Assembly: GCA_023379025.1 (NCBI GenBank) | Contig: JAMCTH010000009.1 | Location: forward strand, 5,092-69,091 | DNA from: Patescibacteria group bacterium | GTDB taxonomy: Bacteria; Patescibacteriota; Microgenomatia; UBA10105; UBA927 | Length of the DNA stretch: 64,000 bases | Direction: 5' to 3' | Shown: in pieces, positions 40,450 to 48,317 of the stretch | How the letters are laid out: every line of letters begins with the position of its first letter | How positions within the stretch are numbered: position 1 is the stretch's first letter | Translations under genes and position numbers: made by a program | The notes under the pieces: generated by a model | The model's database searches: none | Told to the model about the DNA's origin: nothing | What the model saw: only the letters and a program-made list of their open reading frames with translations

Positions 40450-41595
40450 ATGGACATCCTGGCTATTGAAACATCCTGTGACGAAACTGCGGCGGCGGTA
40501 GTGAGAGACGGAACGATGGTGCGCTCGAGTTGCGTAGCCTCCTCAACCGCCATGCATGAAAAATACGGCGGCATTGTCCCGGAAGTTGCCGCGCGGGAAC
40601 AACTCCGTTGCATTCTTCCTGTCATTCAGGAAGTTCTCTCTTTTTTCCATCAATGTGACAATGTGACAATGAAACAATGCATTTCAAATCATATTGATGC
40701 CATCGCTGTCACCGTCGGCCCCGGACTCATTGGGAGTCTTCTTATCGGTGTGGAAGCGGCAAAAACCATGGCCATGATCACCGGTAAACCGGTTATTCCG
40801 GTCAATCATGTTCTGGCGCACATGTATGCAAATTTTGTCCGGGACAGACAAAACGGAAAATCACAAATCACAAATCACAATGACCAAACAATGAAACAAT
40901 GTAACAATGAAACAATTCAATTCCCTGCTATTTCTCTTGTCGTTTCCGGCGGTCATACGGAACTATATCTCATGAAATCAGAAAAAAGTCTCCGGTGGCT
41001 CGGAGGGACGCTGGATGATGCGGCCGGCGAATGTTTTGATAAAACGGCACGACTCCTCGGGTTTGGCAACCGGGGCGGACCGGCAATACAGGAAGCAGCA
41101 GAAAAATGCCAAATACCAAATATCACATACCAAAGTACATTGCCCAGGCCAATGATAGGAGAAGATTCAGTAAATTTTTCGTTCAGCGGACTCAAGGCTG
41201 CTGTGGTACGTGAGGTAAACAGCCTGAAAGAAAAACAACAATGTAACAATATAACAGTGAAACAATTATCTTCCGAGATCCAGGAGGCCATCACTGACGT
41301 GCTGGTCAATAAAACCATGAGAGCGGCACAAAAGTATAACGCAAAATCTATCTTGATTTCCGGCGGCGTTGCCGCCAATCTGCGCCTCCGGGATAAATTT
41401 GCTTCAGCAATTCAACAATGTGGCAATGTACCAGTTGAGCATAGACCAGCTCTACGGATACTGCTTTATGTCCCGCCAATAAGCTTATGTACGGACAATG
41501 CCGTCTATATCGCCTCCTATGCGTATTTCCGGGGAAAACCGGTCCCATGGAATAACATTACGGCAAAACCCGATCTCTCCGTGGAAGTTCGGTAA
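40450..41595 (+). CDS. tsaD: tRNA N6-threonylcarbamoyladenosine synthase TsaD (Kae1/YgjD family) carrying four in-frame repeat insertions
   Basis: ILAIETSCDETAAAV, VSGGHTELYL, DDAAGECFDKTARLLG, FSFSGLK, CTDNA. It is 381 aa versus about 340 typical. Confidence 0.85.
   Translation: MDILAIETSCDETAAAVVRDGTMVRSSCVASSTAMHEKYGGIVPEVAAREQLRCILPVIQEVLSFFHQCDNVTMKQCISNHIDAIAVTVGPGLIGSLLIGVEAAKTMAMITGKPVIPVNHVLAHMYANFVRDRQNGKSQITNHNDQTMKQCNNETIQFPAISLVVSGGHTELYLMKSEKSLRWLGGTLDDAAGECFDKTARLLGFGNRGGPAIQEAAEKCQIPNITYQSTLPRPMIGEDSVNFSFSGLKAAVVREVNSLKEKQQCNNITVKQLSSEIQEAITDVLVNKTMRAAQKYNAKSILISGGVAANLRLRDKFASAIQQCGNVPVEHRPALRILLYVPPISLCTDNAVYIASYAYFRGKPVPWNNITAKPDLSVEVR
40651..40680. repeat. CAATG-rich repeat copy 1 within tsaD (caatgtgacaatgtgacaatgaaacaatgc)
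   Basis: Seen in sequence. Encodes the extra QCDNVTMKQC loop. Confidence 0.7.
40861..40920. repeat. CAATG-rich repeat copy 2 within tsaD (tcacaaatcacaaatcacaatgaccaaacaatgaaacaatgtaacaatgaaacaattcaa)
   Basis: Seen in sequence. Encodes the extra SQITNHNDQTMKQCNNETIQ loop. Confidence 0.7.
41236..41267. repeat. CAATG-rich repeat copy 3 within tsaD
   Basis: caacaatgtaacaatataacagtgaaacaatt; encodes QQCNNITVKQL. Confidence 0.65.
41414..41433. repeat. CAATG-rich repeat copy 4 within tsaD
   Basis: caacaatgtggcaatgtacc; encodes QQCGNVP. Confidence 0.55.
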
Positions 41596-41702
41596 TGGCC
41601 GGCTTGCCGCAATACACCAAGCCCGATACAATAGGAGCGTACCGGGAAGCGTGCTGCCGGAGGAGAAACTTGCGCAGATTACCCGGAGCCCCTGTCTGCT
41701 TT

Positions 41703-44030
41703 ATGGAAAAAACATACAATCCGAATGATGCCGAAAAACGTATCTACCGCATGTGGGAAGACGGCGGATACTTTACTCCGCGCATGACCCGGGGCAAGCC
41801 CCCATTTTCCATTCTTCTTCCCCTGCCCAACGCCAACGACCCGATGCACATGGGACACGCGATGTTCACGGTACAGGATATCCTCATCCGCTACCACCGC
41901 ATGCTCGGCAACCCTACTCTCTGGCTTCCGGGCGGCGACCACGCCGGCATAGAAACGCAGTATGTGTTTGAAAAAAAGCTGGCAAAAGAAGGAAAGAGCC
42001 GGTTCCAGTTCGACCGCGAGACACTCTATCGGATGATCGAAGCATTTGTCGAGCAAAACAAAAATATTAACCGCGATCAGATGAAACGCCTCGGGTTTTC
42101 CATGGACTGGACGCGCTACCGGTATTCGCTCGATCCGGATATTGTCGCCGTAGTATGCGATACATTCCGGAAACTGCATGCCGATGGCCTCGTCTATCGT
42201 GATGCCAGACTTGTCAACTACTGCACCAAAGACGGTACGGGCTTTTCGGATCTTGAGGTCAAATATGTCGAACGGACGGATCCCCTGTATTACATCAAAT
42301 ACGGTCCGTTTACCATCGCGACGGTCCGTCCGGAAACAAAATTCCGAGATACGGCACTCGCCGTGAACCCCAAGGACAAGCGGTACAAAAATATCATAGG
42401 AAAAGCCTATGACATTCCGGGTCTGCTGGGGCCGATACACATGACCGTTATCCCGGACCCGGAGGTTGATATGTCTTTCGGTACCGGCATCATGAAGGTC
42501 ACGCCGGCGCATGACCCGCATGACTTTGACCTCGGGAAAAAATTTAATCTTCCGGTTACTCCGATTATCACACATCTCGGACGTATGGATTTTTCCTGGT
42601 TCCTTGCCAAAAGGGATGGTGATCCGAAATTTCGTGCCCGCGCAGAAAAATATCATAACAAAAAAGTTGCGGAGGCCCGTCTTCTCATGATTGAGGATCT
42701 GAAAGAAGACGGCCTCCTCGTTAAAACCGACGAGGAATACTCACACCGGATCGGCACCTGTTACCGGTGCGGCTCTATCCTTGAACCACTCCCGATCCCC
42801 CAGTGGTATGTACGCACAAAAACATTAGCAATGCCGGCAATACAAGCAGTGAGGGCCGGAAAGACAAAAATTGTTCCCAAAAAGCGGTTTGAAAAACTGT
42901 ATTTTGACTGGCTCAAAAATATCACCGACTGGAACATCAGCCGGCAGATCGTCTGGGGTCCGAGAATTCCGGTCTGGTATTGTCTAGACTGTAATTCCCA
43001 AATCTCCCTCACGTTTGTGGATGCGGACGGCAACAAAATTACCGGAAGGGCCGGAGAACTTCTGAAAACCCATACATTCTCCGGGATTGAAAAAGGTCTT
43101 CAATCGCTCAGTGCTCCTCTCGGAGCGTCGTATTCACTGGATAGTCATTGCGGGGCCTGCCATGGGGACCATATTCTCCAGGAAACGGATACGTTCGACA
43201 CCTGGTTCCTTTCAAGCCAGTGGCCGATCACGACACTGGGCTATCCCGACGGCAGGGACTTCAGATATTTTTACCCGACGTCCGTTCTCGACACCATGTG
43301 GGATATATTGTTTTTCTGGGTTGCCCGCATGATGATGATGGGTCTCTATCGGACCGGTAAAGTGCCGTTTCAGGTCATCCATCTTCACAGCCGCGTCGTC
43401 GATGCACACGGCCAAAAAATGAGCAAATCCAAAGGCAACGTCATGAACCCCATAGACATGGTGGAAAAATACGGCGCTGACGCCCTGCGGTTTGCGCTCG
43501 TCTTCGGGGCTGCTCCCGGAAGCGACATCGCGATATCCGAAGACAAAATCCGCGGTATGCGCAACTTTGCCAATAAGCTGTGGAATATCGGCCGGTTCAT
43601 AACCTTTGCAATACAATCCATCGAAAAACCCCGGGACGGACAATCCGCAGGTGTCCCCATCCCCTTTTATGACGAAACCATGCATAAGGGGTTAAAAAAC
43701 CCCGGTGATACACGCATGATTTCCGAGCTGAACATGCTTGTTGCCGGCGTTACTCACCATCTGGAACGATACCGGTTCTCCGATGCCGCCCAATCGCTCT
43801 ATGATTTTACCTGGCACCGGCTCGCAGACACATATCTTGAGGAAAACAAGTCGCGGTATCAAAACGGAGACAGAGAAGCGTTGGCAGTACTCCGGCATGT
43901 CTATCTCACGATCCTCAAACTGCTCCATCCGTTTATGCCGTTTGTGACGGAAGAAGTCTGGAGCATGATACCCCGAAAACATACGGAGCCGCTCATCGTA
44001 TCGCGATGGCCTGTTCCGGAACAAAAATAA
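41703..44030 (+). CDS. valS: valyl-tRNA synthetase (compact form, no C-terminal coiled-coil)
   Basis: PLPNANDPMHMGHAMFTVQDILIRYHRMLG (ValRS-type HIGH region), KMSKSKGNV; 776 aa from MEKTYNP. Confidence 0.85.
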   Translation: MEKTYNPNDAEKRIYRMWEDGGYFTPRMTRGKPPFSILLPLPNANDPMHMGHAMFTVQDILIRYHRMLGNPTLWLPGGDHAGIETQYVFEKKLAKEGKSRFQFDRETLYRMIEAFVEQNKNINRDQMKRLGFSMDWTRYRYSLDPDIVAVVCDTFRKLHADGLVYRDARLVNYCTKDGTGFSDLEVKYVERTDPLYYIKYGPFTIATVRPETKFRDTALAVNPKDKRYKNIIGKAYDIPGLLGPIHMTVIPDPEVDMSFGTGIMKVTPAHDPHDFDLGKKFNLPVTPIITHLGRMDFSWFLAKRDGDPKFRARAEKYHNKKVAEARLLMIEDLKEDGLLVKTDEEYSHRIGTCYRCGSILEPLPIPQWYVRTKTLAMPAIQAVRAGKTKIVPKKRFEKLYFDWLKNITDWNISRQIVWGPRIPVWYCLDCNSQISLTFVDADGNKITGRAGELLKTHTFSGIEKGLQSLSAPLGASYSLDSHCGACHGDHILQETDTFDTWFLSSQWPITTLGYPDGRDFRYFYPTSVLDTMWDILFFWVARMMMMGLYRTGKVPFQVIHLHSRVVDAHGQKMSKSKGNVMNPIDMVEKYGADALRFALVFGAAPGSDIAISEDKIRGMRNFANKLWNIGRFITFAIQSIEKPRDGQSAGVPIPFYDETMHKGLKNPGDTRMISELNMLVAGVTHHLERYRFSDAAQSLYDFTWHRLADTYLEENKSRYQNGDREALAVLRHVYLTILKLLHPFMPFVTEEVWSMIPRKHTEPLIVSRWPVPEQK

Positions 44031-44059
44031 CGGCGCTTCCTCTGTTCCGGTGCGGCTGC

Positions 44060-45088
44060 CTATTGCGTGGATGCGCCTCCTGTTGAAGCAGTTGCTTCCG
44101 GAGGCTGCGGCGTAAGAGGTCGCGGCAGGGCAGTCGCCGGTGCCGCCGGAGGGAACGATACGGTCTTCACAATTTCATCAAACAGAGCATCATCCGCCGT
44201 CCAGTCGGCATTGACTCCGGAAGGAGTAAAATGGTTAATCTCAAGCGTCAATCCATCCCGGCCCGGTATCATGATCCCGCGCATCTGGGCAAATGCATAG
44301 CCTCCGCCTGTCGTCCCGGTAAACAAGCCTGAAAACTCAAGCGCAGGACCTGCAGACCCGGTCGCAACCGTTGCAGGTTGCATGGTAAATGCGCGTCCTC
44401 CGGAATCCGTAAGTATTGCGCCCGCAGAAACGGCGGGCAAAAGCTCTCCGGATCCCCGTGCGGCAACGGTAAACCGCGTCCCTCCGGGCAGATACGTCCC
44501 CTCCGAAGCGCAATTGGCGCCGTCGCATATGGGTGGAGCGACGTCCGGCGGCAGAAGAAACGTGAGACCCGTTATGGGCAGCCGGGTCGCTCCGCTCACG
44601 ACGGAGTAGGACTTCCAGTTGCTGTGGGGGTTCATCTTCGCCGCCGCTCCTGATTGTGATGCCGTACTCCCGGCCGCAGATGACTGTCGTGGTTGCTCCG
44701 AAGGAGCGGAACCCGGCATAGAGCGCCGGACGACCGTACTGAGCCACACCCCTCCGGCAAAAAGAAGAACAAGGATAAGAACCGTCAGAACCTTTTTGCC
44801 GAAAGACGCGGGGGAGATGCCGCTCTTTCCCGGTGATACCGGCGGCGGCAGAGGTGATTCTTCGGGCTGCGGATCGCTTGGCGCAGGAGAGCTATTTCCC
44901 AAAGATAACGGCGCAGATGCCTCAGGCGGCGATGAAGCGCTTTCCGGAGAGGGATCAGCAATAGGCTCTATAATCGGCGTTTCTTCGTACTCAAGCGTGG
45001 TCTTCGGATCGGAAGAAGTCTGATCCGGCGCGCCGGCCTCCTCCCGTGCATGCTGAGGTATATCATCCATATCATGATATTGTTTCAT
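44060..45088 (-). CDS. membrane-anchored Pro/Ser-rich protein with C-terminal globular domain, hypothetical
   Basis: Acidic Pro-rich N-terminus, one TM (VLTVLILVLLFAGGVWL), about 200 aa extracytoplasmic domain. 4-nt overlap with the PP2C gene stop. Confidence 0.5.
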   Translation of the reverse strand: MKQYHDMDDIPQHAREEAGAPDQTSSDPKTTLEYEETPIIEPIADPSPESASSPPEASAPLSLGNSSPAPSDPQPEESPLPPPVSPGKSGISPASFGKKVLTVLILVLLFAGGVWLSTVVRRSMPGSAPSEQPRQSSAAGSTASQSGAAAKMNPHSNWKSYSVVSGATRLPITGLTFLLPPDVAPPICDGANCASEGTYLPGGTRFTVAARGSGELLPAVSAGAILTDSGGRAFTMQPATVATGSAGPALEFSGLFTGTTGGGYAFAQMRGIMIPGRDGLTLEINHFTPSGVNADWTADDALFDEIVKTVSFPPAAPATALPRPLTPQPPEATASTGGASTQ

Positions 45089-45819
45089 CTGGACGACTGC
45101 CCTGTCAATGAAGAACCGGACGCTATCTTTTTTATAATGCAGATACTCATGTTATCCGATCCTCTGTTCTCACGCGCTTTTCTGATGATGTTGCCTGCAG
45201 CCGCGGCGACATGCTGGCTCGTATCGCCCGTCAGCCTGAGTAATTCCGATACTTCGCGGTCCGTTACCGCATTCGTTATTCCGTCCGTTGCCATACAGAG
45301 CGTATCGTTGACGAGAAAATCCCCCGTCCGGAAAGCCGGGAACAGTCCGAAGCGCTGCGTGCCGAGTGTTTTTGTCAGATACCCCTCCGCATCAACGTCG
45401 TTCTCCGTAAGTTTTTCCAGCTGTCCGTCAGAATAGCGGAAAACGGCCGTATCCCCGACGCTTCCCACCCAAAACGTGCGCGTTCCGACCATGACAACGG
45501 AAAGGGTTGTGGCAAGGCCGTCTCCATACCCCTGTTCCCGTCTTTTCTGCCAAACGGCGATATTGGTGGAACGGAAAATTCTGTTCATAAAGAGCTTTTT
45601 ATCCCGCCAGTATGAATGACGGAGCCTGATCTGGCGGTACCCCCAGATTGCGGTATCTCCTGCGAGTTTTGCCGCCGCAGCGCCGTGAGGCATACCGCCC
45701 ACCCCGTCTGCAAGCGCAAAACATTCATCGTTATAATTGGCAAAATAATCCTCCTGGGTCGCTCTGGACCCGATATCCTGGTGCGCCGCGAACAGAACCG
45801 TATACTTCGGCAGCATCAT
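45085..45819 (-). CDS. PP2C-family Ser/Thr protein phosphatase
   Basis: AAHQDIGSRATQEDYF (motif 1), ALADGVGGMPHGAAAAKLA (motif 2), ...MATDGITN. Start chosen at MMLPKY; the longer upstream extension to 46119 would overlap the PBP gene. Confidence 0.7.
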   Translation of the reverse strand: MMLPKYTVLFAAHQDIGSRATQEDYFANYNDECFALADGVGGMPHGAAAAKLAGDTAIWGYRQIRLRHSYWRDKKLFMNRIFRSTNIAVWQKRREQGYGDGLATTLSVVMVGTRTFWVGSVGDTAVFRYSDGQLEKLTENDVDAEGYLTKTLGTQRFGLFPAFRTGDFLVNDTLCMATDGITNAVTDREVSELLRLTGDTSQHVAAAAGNIIRKARENRGSDNMSICIIKKIASGSSLTGQSSR

Positions 45820-46045
45820 GCTCGTCGTATGAAAATCGGTGATCACCATACCATGAAAAACGGCGGTCCGGGGTCTCCGTGTCCCGGATGTACCTGATTG
45901 TATACCAGCGGCGTCCGAAACAAAAAACCTACAGCCATTCTCCGTATGCCGCCCGGAAGGATTATCCCTATACCGGACGTACGACGCATCTTTTTGCCCA
46001 AACAGGGCAAAGAAAATTCTGTCTGTTCGGTATATAATGTGAGCC

Positions 46046-48304
46046 ATGCCGCCACGGAAAAAAATCTTCGCCGCCAAACCGTTTCCCCTGCTTCCAAAAC
46101 CATCCGGAGCCGGGGGCATCCGCCGGTTTTTCCGGCAATCCCGGATCTACCTCTTTTGGCTCCTTCCGATCGCCATGATTGCTTTCTCGTATCTTACGAT
46201 CTTTAAAGACCTTCCCTCTCCGACGAAACTCGGCGCGTACGACATCCCCATATCCACCAAAATCTATGACCGGAACGGGACACTCCTCTATGACATCTAC
46301 GCCAATCAAAACCGTTCCACCGTTCCCCTGTCCCAGATTCCCGGGTATGTCAGGGATGCAACGATCTCGATCGAAGATAAAAACTTTTATACGCACGGGG
46401 GCATCAATCCGATCGGCGGCATGCTGCGGGCCATGGTGGCAACCGTTACCGGCGGGCAACTTCAGGGCGGCTCAACCATTACCCAGCAGCTCGTCAAGTC
46501 AGCGCTCCTCACGCCGGAACGGACGATAACCCGGAAAATCAAAGAAATCATCCTTGCCTCATGGGTGGAACTCCTTTACCCCAAGGACAAGATTCTGGAG
46601 ATGTACCTGAACCAGGTGCCGTACGGCGGTACCGCCTGGGGAGTGGAAACCGCAGCGGAAAAGTATTTCGGCAAGCCGATCAGAGACGTGGACCTGGCCC
46701 AGGCTGCTCTCCTCGCCGGCCTGCCGCAGGCGCCGACGCTCTATTCCCCCTTCGGCGCGCACCCGGAACTTGCGAAGGAACGCCAGAAAGAAGTGCTCAC
46801 CCGCATGACCGAGGACGGATACATCACCAAGGCCCAGGCGGATGCGGCATTTGCGGAAAATCTTGAATACAAACAGACCGAAAATATCAAAGCACCGCAT
46901 TTTGTCATGTACGTCAAGGAACAGCTCGTCGACCGCTACGGCGAACGCATGGTCGAGCAGGGGGGGCTCAAAGTGACGACAACGCTCGATGAACAGCTAC
47001 AGGAATATGCGCAGGCAACCGTTGCGTCCGAAATCGCCAAACTCAAAGGGCTCCATGTCGGGAACGGGGCAGCACTGGTCACGCGCCCGGCAACCGGCGA
47101 GATCCTGGCGATGGTCGGATCCGCCGACTATTTTGCCACTCCGTCCGGCAGCTTCAACGTCACGACGGCACTGCGGCAACCCGGATCATCGATAAAACCC
47201 ATTAATTACGCCATCGGCATAGACAAGCATATCGTGACGCCTGCCACGATGTTTCTGGATGTTCCGACCTGTTTTGCCAATATCAACCAGCCCGGCTACT
47301 GTCCGCACAACTATGACGCCAAGTTTCACGGCCCGGTACAACTCCGGTTTGCGCTCGGAAACTCCTTTAACATTCCGGCGGTTAAAATGCTCTACCTCAA
47401 TACCGTCCGTGATATGGTCGCCTCGGCAAGCGCATTCGGCATCACCACATTCACGGATCCGTCCCGCTACGGCCTCTCGCTGACGCTCGGCGGCGGCGAT
47501 GTCCACATGACGGATATGGCCACGGCTTTCGGCGTGTTTGCCAACGGAGGTGTCCGCAAGAACCTCGTTTCCATCCTGAAGGTCACGGATAAAAACGGCA
47601 AAGTACTCGAAGAGTACAAGGATCCGAACCTCGGCCGCGACATTCCCTCACAGCTGCTTATTTCCGGACCGAGAGTCCTTTCCCCGGAAACCGCATTTCT
47701 CCTGTCGCATATTCTCCTTGATAACAACGCGCGTTCCGAGGAGTTCGGCACGGATTCTTCCCTGGTTATCCGCGGACATCCTGCTGTCTCGGTCAAGACC
47801 GGAACGACCAACGATCTCCGCGACAACTGGACGATCGGCTTTACACCGCAGTTTCTGGTCGCGACCTGGGTCGGCAATGACGACAACTCACCGATGAACC
47901 AATCCCTGGTATCCGGCATTACCGGCGCAGCGCCCATCTGGAACAAACTCATGAGCAAAGTCCTCGAAGGGCGCCCCGATATCTGGCCGAACAAGCCGGA
48001 CGGCATTGTGGGCGCACAAATCTGCGCCGTTTCAGGGCTCCTTCCGCCGAACCCCGATCCCAATGCCGGCGACAAGGGGTGCCCGACGCGGTTCGAGTAT
48101 TTCATCAAAGGTACGGTACCGACCGAGCGGGAAACGCTGGCGCGCCCGGTGCTTATAGACAAGACTACCGGAGACATTGCGCCGCCCGGTAAAACGGATA
48201 ATGTGGAGACTGAGACCCACCAGGTGCTTACGGACCCGACCGGAGCCCAGTGGTGCCTGGACTGCCCGCATCCGCCGGATGAGCAGCCGCAGGTATTAAA
48301 ATAA
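46046..48304 (+). CDS. class A penicillin-binding protein (bifunctional GT51 transglycosylase / transpeptidase), copy 1
   Basis: EDKNFYTHGGIN, GGSTITQQLVK, RKIKEIILA...YLNQVPYGG (GT51 motifs); SSIKP (SxxK), SFN, KTGT in the TP domain. Confidence 0.85.
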   Translation: MPPRKKIFAAKPFPLLPKPSGAGGIRRFFRQSRIYLFWLLPIAMIAFSYLTIFKDLPSPTKLGAYDIPISTKIYDRNGTLLYDIYANQNRSTVPLSQIPGYVRDATISIEDKNFYTHGGINPIGGMLRAMVATVTGGQLQGGSTITQQLVKSALLTPERTITRKIKEIILASWVELLYPKDKILEMYLNQVPYGGTAWGVETAAEKYFGKPIRDVDLAQAALLAGLPQAPTLYSPFGAHPELAKERQKEVLTRMTEDGYITKAQADAAFAENLEYKQTENIKAPHFVMYVKEQLVDRYGERMVEQGGLKVTTTLDEQLQEYAQATVASEIAKLKGLHVGNGAALVTRPATGEILAMVGSADYFATPSGSFNVTTALRQPGSSIKPINYAIGIDKHIVTPATMFLDVPTCFANINQPGYCPHNYDAKFHGPVQLRFALGNSFNIPAVKMLYLNTVRDMVASASAFGITTFTDPSRYGLSLTLGGGDVHMTDMATAFGVFANGGVRKNLVSILKVTDKNGKVLEEYKDPNLGRDIPSQLLISGPRVLSPETAFLLSHILLDNNARSEEFGTDSSLVIRGHPAVSVKTGTTNDLRDNWTIGFTPQFLVATWVGNDDNSPMNQSLVSGITGAAPIWNKLMSKVLEGRPDIWPNKPDGIVGAQICAVSGLLPPNPDPNAGDKGCPTRFEYFIKGTVPTERETLARPVLIDKTTGDIAPPGKTDNVETETHQVLTDPTGAQWCLDCPHPPDEQPQVLK

Positions 48305-48317
48305 CGCAACTCCCCTC

